Source: Zancudomyces culisetae HAW-14-8
Lineage: Eukaryota; Fungi; Kickxellomycota
Length of the DNA stretch: 64,000 bases
NCBI GenBank assembly: GCA_052426225.1
Contig: JBNJNM010000015.1
Coordinates: 930,001 to 994,000, forward strand
Direction of reading: 5' to 3'
Shown here: piece after piece, positions 25,970-39,152 of the stretch
Layout of the letters: each line of letters starts with the position of its first letter
Numbering within the stretch: the stretch's first letter is position 1
The notes under the pieces: model-generated
What the model was told of the DNA's origin: nothing
Database searches by the model: none
Seen by the model: the letters and a program-made list of their open reading frames with translations, nothing else
Program-made: the position numbers and the translations under genes

Positions 25970-27208
25970 ATGAAAATATGTTCAAGGATAGCTCTGGGGA
26001 TGGCGGCTTCGTGCTGTTTCAAAAAAGCATTTGGACTGGATTTGGATGTATTCAATGTGTGTTATAGTGCGTATGGTGACGACGAACTCTGGCCGAGCTA
26101 CAAGTTTCATGAGTGTATTCTTCAGTCTGATACATCAAACCACACACTATCTCAGAATCTAGTGATTAAAGATTGCCAGTACTTCCGGAACACTTATTAT
26201 CTACCAAAAATGATTGCCAAGACATTCACTGAAATAGGGGATATGCTTAGCTCAAAAGTTAACCAGGTAAATGACGTACTTGTATACCTGAGCAACTTCC
26301 CAGATTCTACGAGCGAGGCTTCACCTGAGCTCAACGTCGATAATATCTACCTTGAAAAGCTTAGTAGAAAAGTTAAGGTGCTCTCATACTACGCCCATTA
26401 TCATCATGATAACTTTCAATTAGTTTCAAACTACCACGCTGAAATGATTAGGCGAATACAAGCAATAAACAGCACAAGTACGTTAGTTTTACCCCGGTAT
26501 CTGGCGTTATTAGATAACGCATCATTTTATAACTATAAGAAGCATCTAAATTTTCAGAACATAGATGACGAAATAATCGTGGATGCTGCATACTTGGTTC
26601 TAACCAACTTATCTAGTTTAGCAGACCTGTTATATAAACTCTCGAATACTCTGTATGCAGAAAAAGATGCTATTCTTGGTCCATATATGGATATACAACA
26701 GGATGTCGAAAAGACTGGCTCATCAGTTGAAATCTATCTATGTATAAAGCGCTCCTTATTAAACAGCAATAATTTAAAACCGGATAATGTGTTGACAGAA
26801 AAATTCAGCCCTCTAGCATTATATATGGGCGCAATGAAATCAAGTCAACTCGCCCACTATAACGATATGGTACTGGCGGAGAATGGTAATGACAAGTATC
26901 AATTTTCTGTAGCCAAAGAGGAGTATGAATTTCTCACCAACTATATTGAGAAAAAGTTAAAGAAGGTGGTCGGAATAACTAGAAATAGTTATCTTGATGT
27001 CATAAAAATCGAGCAAGATGCTAATGGTTACACTACACTGATATTGAGAAACCTAAATGCTTACATTTCATGCTTTGACTGGGTTACAAATTACACCACC
27101 GTTAAAGATGCTTCGTTTTCTGACGAATTGTTAGAACAAATCTATCAAGAGTTTGTCATTCTCACTGAGTATGGAATAGCTGCAGAATCGGATATTATCT
27201 TTACCTAG
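25970..27208 (+). CDS. Hypothetical protein, 412 aa, possible signal peptide
   Basis: Long intronless ORF with A-rich start context; no family recognised. Confidence 0.7.
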   Translation: MKICSRIALGMAASCCFKKAFGLDLDVFNVCYSAYGDDELWPSYKFHECILQSDTSNHTLSQNLVIKDCQYFRNTYYLPKMIAKTFTEIGDMLSSKVNQVNDVLVYLSNFPDSTSEASPELNVDNIYLEKLSRKVKVLSYYAHYHHDNFQLVSNYHAEMIRRIQAINSTSTLVLPRYLALLDNASFYNYKKHLNFQNIDDEIIVDAAYLVLTNLSSLADLLYKLSNTLYAEKDAILGPYMDIQQDVEKTGSSVEIYLCIKRSLLNSNNLKPDNVLTEKFSPLALYMGAMKSSQLAHYNDMVLAENGNDKYQFSVAKEEYEFLTNYIEKKLKKVVGITRNSYLDVIKIEQDANGYTTLILRNLNAYISCFDWVTNYTTVKDASFSDELLEQIYQEFVILTEYGIAAESDIIFT

Positions 27209-29355
27209 GCTCTGCGAATTTGCACAAGATAATTTAGCAATTCCTCAAAATTTTACCAGAAATAAAGCCGTAAAATGTTAACTTTGCGCAGTACAGCACT
27301 AGATTCAACTTAGTAGTATTTCTTAAACTACATACTCAAGCTTTAGAACCTATTGCAAAAGAAATAATCATCAAATTTTATTCCCAAACTTTTTGTCCAA
27401 GTTTCATGAAAACCCACAAAAACCCACACATTAACCGTTAGTCGATGTGCCGTAGTATGAACTCGAAAACTGATCATCGTGGTTATTCGTTTTTTATTTC
27501 ATTTTTAAAAAAAGCGCGTAAAAAATTAAAATTCACAAAAAATACTATATGGGAATATATACTCGGTCTTACAGAGTAGATTAAACCACTACTACTTTTC
27601 AACAGATAGTTCGGAACCTGGCGGCTTGGCTTGAGAAGGGGAAGGATAACACTATTCACAAATACCATCACGTGTTATCTTTTACCAATACCAAATGTTG
27701 TGGTCCATAAACGATAGAGTGAAAAACAGTTATAGTATAATGTCCCTATGTTTTTCTAGTCCACCTCAAATGGGCCTTTCATCCTTTATTCTAATTATAC
27801 TAGAACTCAGCGAATTCTCAATGCTTAGCGATTATTATTTTAATGAGAAAAATAGAACAGTGTTGGTTCTATCAAATACAATCTATTCTGAAATACAATT
27901 GGTCTAAATAGTAACACGCCTGTTATGGCTAAAGTTTATTTCAGTCTCGAAACTCCGCTGCTAGTTGCATGCCAAAGCGACCAAAGTTCTGGTATGTGCT
28001 GCATCCAACCATGTTAAAAATAAAAGAGAAAAGTAGGTATTAGTACTTAAGCATAATAACACACGAAATCGAGGTGTTTCACTCTAGAGCGGGTTATTCG
28101 CAAAAAAGACTGAAAAGAATTGAGGGACTTTGTTCCATGTTTATCTTTTTATGGATAAATATTTTTAATCCTTCGCTGTTTTTTTTTGTTCTTAGTTTAC
28201 TTGCGTGTCCAGTTTCTCGGTTGTAAATTTAGTCCATTGGTCTTTTATCCATTTATTCCGTTAGTCTTTTATTCATTCGGCCCTTCTTGATATTTTAGTC
28301 CATGGTCTACGGTTTTTGGTATTCAAAAATGGATTATCCCCAGTAGTTTCAGAAACTAATGCTTTCTAGGCAATGTTAAAAAGCTACACACAGAAATCCA
28401 CCTAGAAGCAGTATATGTTTCGGTTGGTGTGCCTACTTCATTTGTTTATAATGGTGCAAACCAAATTTGTTTTATTCTCCGCTTTTTTTGCCTCTGTTTC
28501 GTTTCATGGAAAAAATGTGGAAGAAAGTGAACAAAAAAGTGAGCAAGAAAGTGAGCAAAAAAAAATGAGTATGTTTCTTATTGAGTAAATAAAACACAAG
28601 TCGCCTTAGTCACCTGTTCTAGTTCTTGTGATTATATACCTTGCTGTGCTACCGTTGGTTTATTTGGCAGCTTGGTTTTCGCTTTTTATTTTGCATTTTT
28701 TTGAAAAACAGAACATCATAGCTCAAAAAGTATGTGTATCTGCATGTATATGTGTGTATTTGTTCCTTGAAAAAAAAAAGGCGATCCGCTTTTGAAATAT
28801 TTATGTTTGCATAGTGTAGGCCTTGAACTAGAAAAATAAGACCAATGATGCAGACTTTAAACGAGATATGATTGATGTTTACAAACACCACACTTTATTA
28901 ATATTGGAAAGCAAGTAAAGTAGTTTGCAAAGTGAAAAAAAAAGTGTACACTCTAATCTATGAACACTCGAAAAATTACATAGGCATTGTGGAAAACTTG
29001 CTTATGATATTTTATCGACATCTGTTAAATGAAAAAGCTGAATAAAAGAGTATTAGAAAAAAAAGTCGCCAACGAAGTTTTTTTAATATAAATATCAAAG
29101 TAGTTAGGGATACATGTTCTTTGTGTTATTCTTTTTGTGGAGTTTGCTATAAAATATTTTAAGAATACTAATATATTTTTCTTGGCGATACTCAACTCTG
29201 TGATATATTAAAATATTGGATATTTGGAGTGCTTGATAGCTAGATATGATTATATGTGGAAGCAAAGTGTAGTTTAATAAGGGTAGAATAAGAATAAAGC
29301 AAACATAAAATAAACCAGATATAGTACGCAAATATCACAAGAAATAAACTCAAAA

Positions 29356-30719
29356 ATGAAAAATACAGTCTTGACCCATGTAAACTCGCTATTGTGCATG
29401 GGTGCATGTATAAAGCGGTTTGTAGGTGTTGATGGATGTATTCCAGCGTTTAATGGTGCCGAGTTGAAGATGCAAATAGGTAAGCCTAACGATAAAACTA
29501 TACATACCCAGTATCATTAATAGCTGATACAAATAGTTTATATAAGCATGCTTATAAACATAAATATATAAATATAGGTGAAATAGGAAGAGCGTTGAAT
29601 ACTGAAGTTTCACTGCTGTTAAATATATCAAAACCTGAAATTTTGGATAGTGATTGCTTGAAGATAGCAAACTTCGTATGCGAATTGTGTCATAAACTGT
29701 TCCTATTGACATCAAGCATACCGAAAGCCGCAGGAAAAACGTATATTCGAGCTGTATGTGATGCAGTTCTTACGAGTATAGAATCGGTTATTAGAGTGCT
29801 ACTCCAGTTGGTTTATCCAACTACAGGCGTAGAAAAGTATCTTAATACAAATTACACCAGTGATGTACACGCATATGTACCGCATTTGAATTCATATCTC
29901 GACTCATATCCTTGTCGGTACTTGGATTCTGAACTTCAAACGAATAGATTGGCAGAACTTTTATCGGCGTCTGTCACTTGGAACAACTGTAAACCACTCG
30001 AAAATCTAAGTAGTTGCAATGCCGAAGCCATCAAAAAAGTATGGCAACGACACTGTGCTGGTGTAGTTCAGGATATAATCACTGAGTTTGTGGAATTTGT
30101 TGGATGTTGTGACTATTGCTTGAGTTGTGCACAAATGAACGAAGCCCAGCAAGATTTATACTGTACTTGTACAGATCAAGAGGGACAGTATAGTCATAAC
30201 ACACTTGAGGATGAACAGGTAGTTTTGGCAAAAGACATGATACGGATACTATACACAACAGAGCAGCTACTGGATAGGATATATTTATGTTGTATTTCGG
30301 TATACTTGAAGCAAGTTGCAAAAGAAAACAAAAACAATGTTGGTGGTAGGATTGTATACAATGCTAATAATAGCAATTATTATTATTATTATTATGGTGA
30401 GGATGACGTGTGTATCCCATACTATGATTGTGAATCAAAAGATATGGATGCTTGGATAGATGATTTACTACAACAGTGTATCGAAATTCCAAAACTTGCA
30501 GAACTAACAGCCGACTCGATATATACATCACCAATTAAAAGAGTTTGGTATGGTGAATTTATGAGCGCAAAAGATCGTTTGTTTAAAAGTGTACTGGAGG
30601 TGGCAGAGGTTGCCATTTCATATGCGGATGGTAGCAGTGTGGAACAGATTCAAGATATCCGAAACCAGTTTTTGAGGCTAATGAATGAGGGACCAGGAAG
30701 TCACAAAGTAGTTCGATAA
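29356..30719 (+). CDS. GCIP/CCNDBP1-like protein; 2 exons (29356-29479, 29578-30719)
   Basis: G|GTAAGC...TAG intron joins the frames; 'AGKTYIRAV', 'SVTWNNC..L..LSSCNAEA', 'VQDIITE' and 'IDDLLQQCIEIPKLAELTADSIY' follow GCIP block order. Confidence 0.65.
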
Positions 30720-32868
30720 ACAAAAAGTGATGAATAAAGAGGAGTTGAAGAGGGTCATAGTAAGAGGGGTGATAGCGGAGATGATATACAGAAATTCTTG
30801 CTATTGCTATTGGTGTTTGTATTAGTATTATTATTAGTACTGGAGTGAGTATGAGTGTATTTGAGTGTATTATTTACAGACATAGAGTTCGATTTATTTA
30901 CTTTTATTCTTTTTTGTACAATAATCTTTATATTATGTGTAAATGAATTGGGAAATAATTAATAAATAAATCCATATTTCTCTTTACTAGCTAAATCAAT
31001 TTACAAGAAAGTCAACACTAGGTTTAATATTCTATCATTAGAATACAACCTTTTGGATGCCATACCTTCCTTTTAATACATACAAAAAATTAGTCCTTTA
31101 TTTTCAAGCATAGAAACCTTTCCTTTCTAAAGTAAAATCTCACCCTGTAAGTGGTAGCTTTGATATTACACCACCCCTTCATACTCCCTTGAAAGGGAAG
31201 CCACAAAGGCTAGTTACTCTACTTGTAAAAGGGAGAAGCTAAAATAGTACCCCTGATCAAGCTGAACACAGCAAGATTCTTAAATCGACTCAGAGCATAG
31301 ACGACCTCCTTGACTCAAAGCCCAGTGCATACAAAACTCCAAGATTCACGGTGGCGTACTTACTAAATACATTTTATATTAAATTCTTTTTTAACAAATC
31401 CATTGCATAATAAAAAAAATACTATTCCTTAAACTCCATCAGACTGCTTTAATCAGACTTGGTACATGCAATTGTCTGTTCAGTTCTTTCTTAATGTGTA
31501 TTGCTTAACGGTCACAATTCCAAAAATGTATGGTAGTTTGATAATACAGAGAGTTAATTGGTTGTATATGTTACAGTCTCGAGTATTAAAATTTTAAGTG
31601 CAGTATTTTATGTATGGACCAAATAGTCAAGTTGGAAATGACAGACTCTGCGTACATATTAAATTTTCTCTAGAGAATCCGCTTTTACCATGATCTGCAG
31701 TGTTTCGTGAGAAATTCTTGGTCAGTTATTTCGCCTCAAATGCGCTTGTAGTTTTTAACTATAGCCTTTTTTTTATCCAGACTCTTGTTTCAAAAAAGAC
31801 TTTTTATTCCTTACAGAACTTTTCTCCATAAGTTTTTTGTTTTTCGTTTGCATAATTCATGTACTGTGGATTGGCAGTTGTGTTACATAAGGGGAGAGGG
31901 GAAGAAGGTGATACAAATAAGGGGGATAGTAACAGTTTTTTTGTATAGGCATTAGCAGGCGGCGCGACAATGTGATGTAGTAATCCTTGTTTTGGTTGGA
32001 ATGCAAAAAATGCGCTAATTAGTTGTATAATAAGGACCAAAACCAAAGGTACAATCAGATTACCGCCGTATTTTCTCTAATCTCTATGTTCTCTGCAAAT
32101 TGCCACATTTATAAAAACAAAAAAAAATGTTGCATAACCCTGTACCATCAGACCTATGTGAAACCATTTTGGGACTATTTCCTTTTTTTAACTGATTTAT
32201 TTACTTTTAGTAAATGCTGCACACTTGCTTTTATTTTTCTACTGTCCCGCCAAAAAAATACTTGTTTTTCGTTCCTTCTCCCCCCCCTTTCCACTGAAAA
32301 CGCACAGCATCTCCAATCTCGCAATGATTGTTGCTGTAGGTACATCAGGGAAAAGACGCAGGAATGTGCTTGTTTACGCAAATTTGTTTTGTTTTAAAAG
32401 AAGTGGAAAAAAGATTCACCTTTTCGTCTCTGCTAGCAATGCCCGCCAAAATATAATTGATGCAGTTCACGTTTCTTTTTTTATACTTTACTATTGATAT
32501 ATTGCAAATTAATTATGCCAGTTCTTTTTTTGGAGTTCTGAACACCAATAAAAACAGTGTATTTTGAAAGCACATTAAATTTAATATTGACTAATTAGGT
32601 GATTTGTCAATTTGTTTGCAAACCTAATGAAGTAAATTGACTTGCTTGATTAACTTCAAAGCCATTCTGAAGCATCCTTTATTGTGTAAAATATCGAGAT
32701 AGCCAAAATAAAACAGTGTGCACAAAATAACTAATAAACAACAATCTGATTGCAAAGACCTATTAATTAAACTTTTAGAATCGTTTAGAAGTGCTATATA
32801 TTTGAACGAAGCAAAAGAAAGGAGTAAAAAAAAACGGGTTCAACTTTTTTTCGAGGAATTTATAAACA

Positions 32869-33603
32869 ATGATTCCCGCAAGGCAGCAGAAAATCGACTT
32901 GAGCGTAAGTAATTTTACATTAAGAAAGCAATGAGCACGAAGAAGTAAATGGATTTTTTTTTACAGCTTGTGTAAAGATGACATTAATCAACATTTTTTT
33001 GAATCATGTTCCATACTAATAGAAATTGTCTGAGGAGGAAAAGAAAGCGTTTCGACTGTATGGAAAGCTACCAACAAACAAGAATTTGCTATCACAGCGT
33101 GTAAAGGTAAGGACATGCTGAATATATTAAAAATGGAAAAAGTACCCCTAGAAAAATATAAAAAGGAGATGAGCTATGATGCAGGGATATTACCTAAAAA
33201 CTAGAATCCAGACAAAATACGGCCTGGAGACAATGATATTATAGTTTGTAGATTGGTTTGTAATCACGGTCGTAGACTAATACGCATATCTATCTATATA
33301 TGTAAATAGGAGCGAAAGTACTTTGACAGCGGAGATTACGCACTATCAAAGGCCGGAAACTCGGAAACAACAGTCGGAGAAAAACATCCATCGCCAGAAT
33401 CGATACCACATCAACAAATACACCAAGCCTCCTCAAACTACGCGATAGGGGGTACGGGAGCTGTAGGTACAATGGCTAAAGAAAGTAATCTAATTAAAGA
33501 AAGCGATATACTACCTAACCAAGCGCAGATACCAACGCAACCACTCTCGCAGCCACAACCAAATACACAAATCAAGATACAGGTGCAACCCGCTGATAAA
33601 TAA
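32869..33603 (+). CDS. IGO1: Endosulfine/ARPP19 family protein Igo1; 3 exons (32869-32904, 33023-33106, 33310-33603); absent from the ORF track
   Basis: Spliced MIPARQQKIDLSKLSEEEKKAFRLYGKLPTNKNLLSQRVKERKYFDSGDYALSKAG, containing the KYFDSGDY Greatwall/Rim15 site. Confidence 0.92.
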
Positions 33604-33897
33604 CAGCCAAAACCATTAGTGTGATAGAATGATGGAGCAAGGCTGACAAAAACAGCTTTTCTCTATCGGTTTATATGCAAAAATAGCAAGAAATAGAGCG
33701 CGTCCAGTGGATAAATAAATAATCAAAACTTTTTTAATATCTTTTATCTAAACATGCCAAGTGTCAAAATTAAGTACTAATAAATCGAAAATCAAGGCAT
33801 TTGAGCTCAGGGAGTTTTTTTCATTGTTCTTCTTGTATGCTATATCTCCTTAACAAAATCTAGTCAAAGCAAAAATATAGTAGGTGTTGATATGGGG

Positions 33898-36062
33898 CTA
33901 TTTCATTGCCATTTCTATAATCTTGTTCTATAATGAGTAAATTAAATGTTTTTAGGTTAGTAGATACATTATGGATGAATATGTTGTTATAATAACCGTC
34001 GCTACTACCATAATACATAAAGTAAACACACTAGTGAGTACAAATCGAGTTACCTTGATAAAACCGAGACTGTTTAGAGTCGAGATTCCGTACCCTCTAG
34101 CAAATACAAAAAAGGGGTTGGATTGCTTGAAGATTGTGTGGATAGAGTCAACAATGTTCATTGCAACAACGTTCTGCGTGTAGCGTTGGCGATTGTAGTT
34201 TTGTAAAGCATATTCAAACGAGTTGGCACCGAGTTTTCTTGCCGATTCAAAATTATTCACAAGTGCCTGAACGTCGTATAGTCCATTGTTGAGGCCTTGA
34301 CCAGCCAGTGGGTGCATCACATGGGCTGCATCACCCACCAAGACTTTATTTCCATCGACGTATCTATCACAGTTTCTTAGGCGTAGCGGAAAGCTCTGTC
34401 GTGAACCTGGTGTTACCCCGACGATTTTTGGAGGGTATTCAATGTTTTGATTCCCACCAGCTTCCCCATATGCCCCAGATTCGTAAACCTTATTGAGGTC
34501 GGCATCACTGATGTTATCGATTTCGTCAACGTTATTCAAGTAATATATAATATCAGCATTGCTCTTGGTGGTAAATGCAAGATTTACTAGCTTGATAAAC
34601 TGCTCATCTTTGAGGCCTATGAGTGCCTTTACGTATTCGGCAGACATTGTCCAAATCAAGTTTGCGTACCCATTTGGAAACTATTGTGGTTTTTATTTAA
34701 ACTATGGTTAATATTGTTGTATCTACTATTTTCTTGTCCTGCTTCCGTTGACCACCTATAATAAAATATTTTTAATAGTAAATAATAAAAAAAGATAAAG
34801 GATACTTAACTGGAAGTATTGCTATGGGTCCGGTACTGCAAAACTTTTGGAACGCTGCAGTATTAGTTCTATCAAACATTACGTTTGCGACCACCCCATG
34901 TTCATTATAGTCGAATCCGTAGGTTTCAATATCTGTGTATTTTCTCACAATACTGTTGATACCATCAGTACCTACCAGGACCTTGGCCTCAATAGTTTTG
35001 CCATTGTCCATGACTACTCTAGATGATGCGCCTCCAACCTGATCCTCTATCTTTTGCACTTTTGTCTTATCGTATATTTCGATGGCATCACCAGACTCTT
35101 CGTTTTCTGATTTTTTCTGGCTGTTTATTTGCATTATTCTCTTGATTGCACCATAATGCAAGTTGATGTTTTCAATAATATACGCTGGATGTTTGGCGTC
35201 CGAAATTCCCATTGCACCATATTGTGCTTCTTGTTGCTCGAGGCCCTCGATATTCAAACTTTTAAAGTCTATTGTTTCACCATTACCTCCATCGATAATC
35301 ACAGCTCGATTGTACGGCATTACTCTCTCCAGTATCATTCTATCCCAAACCCCAACCTCTATTTTTCAATATATATTTTTAATTATTCTTGTTAGTATGC
35401 TTTACTTAATGTCATACTTTTTATCATTGAAAACATAAAATGAATTTAATAGCTAATGATTGACAATGCATCCCTTCCCCCTCCCCTTTGCGAATTACTG
35501 CTTTTCCTCTACCCTTTCTCTCCAGATACTTTCTACTATTACATACCCACCTGCAATACTAGAACGAAATGTTTGTTTTACTTACTATCTAGATATTCTT
35601 TGTTGTTTTGCGTTACTTGAACCGTCCTGTTATTAAATCTATCGCTTGGAGCCTCCCATTTCCCAACCTTTTCCAAATCGGTAGCATCGATTAAAGCTAT
35701 TTTTGTTCCTCTTAGTAGTCCAGAGTTTCCTATTATTTAAAAGATACCAGGTATATGTATAGTCGTTATCAGTTTTACAGCCGCTCATTTCAATATATAA
35801 AATACAAATTGTTGAGCAAAGACATACCTAATGCACTCGCAAGCACACTCCCGGCTAAACCTCCTCCAACGATTGCAATGTCATAGTGTTTTACATTACT
35901 ATTTTCGTTTGAAGCTGTAGTATTTGCTGTAGTTGAAAATCTATTTTGTGCAATCCTTACATAACTTGAACATGGATTCCTGTTTTGATTTAGTCTGGAT
36001 ATTACCAGGTTAAGGGACACCCTTCCAGGTGTAGTTGATTTAATCGCTGTTTGGGAAAGCAT
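33898..36062 (-). CDS. COQ6: Ubiquinone biosynthesis monooxygenase Coq6; 5 exons (36062-35828, 35729-35586, 35358-34811, 34680-34054, 33927-33898)
   Basis: Mitochondrial presequence, YDIAIVGGGLAG, LVGTDGINSIVR, GPIAILP, LVGDAAHVMHPLAGQGLN. Confidence 0.92.
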
Positions 36063-36830
36063 TGTTATACGAAAAATCAGTCTTTCCGTTATTTTTTTTC
36101 TTGTTTGATAGCAATATAGAACTGGTTTTACTATTTATTTCCTTAAGCTTATGTATTAGATTTATCTTTAGCCCTTGCGCCATTATCATTTACCAATAAA
36201 TTTGAGCTAGCCTTTTGATTCGTTTTGATTTTATTTATTTTCTACGATTTTTTAATAACAGGTGGGATTAGCAAAGAAAATAAGGAAGGAAAACCAACAT
36301 CAAAAACAAATGAAATAAAAAGTCACATCATAATAGAAGTCATATCAACATGTTTTACACTTTTTTCGTAGGAGATACACCCGGCTACTCCGCACACAAA
36401 GTATCGCACCACGTCCACATAATTAAAGACGCTGGCTTCAAAAGAAACCCTTACTCCCCACCTTTAAATCTTATTGTACCTTCCGGCTTAGATTTTTGGG
36501 TATTAAATATATGCTATTTTTTCAGCAAGGGAATGTGTTTAACTTTTCAGCTTTTTGGAATATGAATACCCGAAATGTGTTCTAGTTATATATATATATG
36601 TACCCATATTTAGGTTTATTGAACTTTGTAGTGTAGTTGTAGCTTCATCACAAAAAAAAAAGCTACGCTCTTTAGTCAAATCAACAACCTGTGCCTAAAC
36701 AAAAAAAAAGAAAAAGCAAAGAAAAGCTACATTCAGATCATACTTGAGAGTAAGGAGAAGCTTGAAACATTAAAAAAGAATAAAATCGCATTTTTATTTT
36801 GGTGAAAAAATTTCCAGGAAACATAATATT

Positions 36831-38441
36831 TCATAGGCGATTTTTCCGTAAAGGTGCAAATAAAGAGGCTCTACACGCACTATATACAGGAGGCAGAGTA
36901 ATCGGAGTACTACCACCATACGTATTATCGAGGATGTTATAGCCAATACTAGGCTCTGAGTAGCCAGTACCACTACCACGATGGTAACAAATACTGAGCT
37001 GGATAAAATATTTTTCTTTTGCTGAGTTTGCCAGTTCATTGAAAGTTGCTGGATCCGCCTGATCTGCGAACATTTGGTACATGCATTTGTTGCCATTTAC
37101 ATATTCATCTGGAAAAGTGCCTGAGTTTCGTGCCCATCTTATAGTATTGGTGATGTTTTTTACCTCCGCGGTGTAAGGCAATGATTGACGTGAAATCAAA
37201 TGTGAAATTTTGCCATTTTCTTTGTTGCTGCTCACCACAATGTCATCACTAATAACGGTGTTAAAATTGTGACTGTTGTTGCTTTTGTTTGAGTTTGTGT
37301 TTGAGTTTGCGTTTGAGTTAGTATTTGAGTTTGTATTTGCGTTTGAGTTTGAGTTTGTATTTGCGTTTGAGTTTGTATTTGCGTTTGAGTTTGTATTTGC
37401 GTTTGAGTTTGTATTTGCGTTTGCGTTTGTATTTGTATTTGTATTTGTATCTGAGTTTGAGTTTGAGTTTGTATTTGCGTTTGAGTTAGTATTTGAGTTT
37501 GTATTTGAGTTTGAGTTTGAGTTTGTATTTGCGTTTGAGTTTGAGTTTGAGTTTGTATTTGCGTTTGTATTTGTATCTGAGTTTGAGTTTGAGTTAGCAT
37601 TAGTATTTGAGTTTGAGTTTGTATTTGCGTTTGAGTTTGAGTTTGAGTTAGCATTAGTATTTGAGTTTGAGTTTGTATTTGCGTTTGAGTTTGAGTTTGA
37701 GTTTGAGTTTGCGTTTGCGTTTGCATTTGAGTTTGTATTTGAGTTTGGAGTGGATTTTAGGCTTGGACTTGCGTTTGCGTTTAAGTTTGAGTTTGAGTTT
37801 GAGTTTGAGTTTGCGTTTGCGTTTGCGTTTGAGGTTGGAAGAGTTGGAAGAGTTGGAAGAGTTGGAGCTATTGCTGGTATATTACCAGACTTTGTGCTGG
37901 GGTTCTCCTTATTATCATTAGTATTGTGACTAGCTTGCGAGTCAGACTCAGGCTCAGAGTTAAACTTAGACTTAGACTTAGACTCAGAGCCAGGCTTGCT
38001 TGATTCAACGGGTTGGCATTCTTGTTTTATGTAAATAAAACTTTGGTTGATGGTTCGGTATCCTGGATGTCTGATATCAGATCTACCTCCATCATGGTAT
38101 GGGATTTGTACATACCCAACTATGGATGGATCCTTTCTGTAAACACCTAGTCTTTTTATAGCTTTGTCTAATACTGTAGCAATGCTTAGCTCTCTCAGTT
38201 CCTGGTTATCTCTTGGCAGTAAATAAAGATCGGCAGCTTTAGATTCGAAAGCAAAATAGGGATCTGCACCTACATATGATGGGTTTAGAACAGTGTCTAA
38301 ATTAGGTTGAGCGGGGAAAGTATTGGGGATATGTGCAGAGTATGTTGTCGAACTTCCCAGTAATAAGAGTATAAAAAATACCGGAGCTGCCTGACAACAT
38401 AATACTGGTTTGATCAGTTTTCGTTGATGCTGGTAAGCCAT
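36831..38441 (-). CDS. Predicted secreted protein with a long Asn-X dipeptide repeat
   Basis: Likely start MAYQHQRK at 38441, then hydrophobic 'AAPVFFILLLLG'; unique N- and C-terminal domains flank the (N-S/T/A)n tract. Confidence 0.75.
   Translation of the reverse strand: MAYQHQRKLIKPVLCCQAAPVFFILLLLGSSTTYSAHIPNTFPAQPNLDTVLNPSYVGADPYFAFESKAADLYLLPRDNQELRELSIATVLDKAIKRLGVYRKDPSIVGYVQIPYHDGGRSDIRHPGYRTINQSFIYIKQECQPVESSKPGSESKSKSKFNSEPESDSQASHNTNDNKENPSTKSGNIPAIAPTLPTLPTLPTSNANANANSNSNSNSNLNANASPSLKSTPNSNTNSNANANANSNSNSNSNANTNSNSNTNANSNSNSNANTNSNSNTNANSNSNSDTNTNANTNSNSNSNANTNSNSNSNTNSNTNSNANTNSNSNSDTNTNTNTNANANTNSNANTNSNANTNSNANTNSNSNANTNSNTNSNANSNTNSNKSNNSHNFNTVISDDIVVSSNKENGKISHLISRQSLPYTAEVKNITNTIRWARNSGTFPDEYVNGNKCMYQMFADQADPATFNELANSAKEKYFIQLSICYHRGSGTGYSEPSIGYNILDNTYGGSTPITLPPVYSACRASLFAPLRKNRL
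37285..37830. repeat. Coding hexamer tandem array (gagttt/gtattt/gcgttt), with 18-bp and 54-bp higher-order units
   Basis: Read directly; the 54-bp block at about 37591-37644 is repeated at 37645-37698. Confidence 0.95.
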
Positions 38442-39152
38442 GGCTGGGAGGGGGAGGGGGGGGGTTCTTTCTTTTCTTTTCTTTTGATAAAGCTGGGTTT
38501 TAGAGAGAAAAAAGCAATATTGGTGGTTGTGAAGATAGGAGGAGTTGAGGAATGAGGGGGGGTGAAAAAATGGATGATTTGGCATTATACTTATACTATT
38601 TGCAAATGAAGAGAGGTGTATTGTGCAGAAATGTTGTGTGTGTTTTAACCGCCTTTTCTTATTTAACACATCATATTAACAACCAGAATCCTCGTTGCTT
38701 ATTGAATAGAATGGTTATTGGAATACTGGCTTAGCAGTTGTAAATTAATAGGACCTTGATAGATCTTTCTTTAGCAATTACGAGTTACTTCAAAATGAAA
38801 TCCTTGCTTGTTTTTTTTTTTCGAATAAATGTCAAAAATAGCAGTTAAAACGGGAATCAAAGTTAAAAAATGTAATTAAACAAGGGAAAGGTAGGATGGC
38901 CAGTAAAGTAATATATTACTACAAGTACCTGAACCATCCCGCCTATTTTGGTATACTAGCATGTTTAACCTTTTAGGAAAAAGGCGGCGAGTATTAAAAA
39001 ATCATCAACAATAACAACAATAATAAATAAACAAGAAAGAAAATTGAAATGATGATTTTATTTAATGAACCTTGGGAATTAGTTGATGTTGAATAAAATA
39101 GAACAAGGCCAATGAAAACCAAACAGGTGAAAAAGAAAGGTGCTATATGGTA

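Noticed and set aside
31140-31365. GC-richer intergenic island with small hairpins and a U5-loop-like CCCTTTTAC
   Set aside because: The stems do not fit U5, SRP or RNase P/MRP architecture, and no ORF is recognisable; left unassigned.
37232-37929. Alternative-frame ORFs (QT)n, (FE/FV/FA)n and (LS)n
   Set aside because: They arise because the hexamer array lacks stop codons; only the Asn-X frame continues into unique sequence on both sides.
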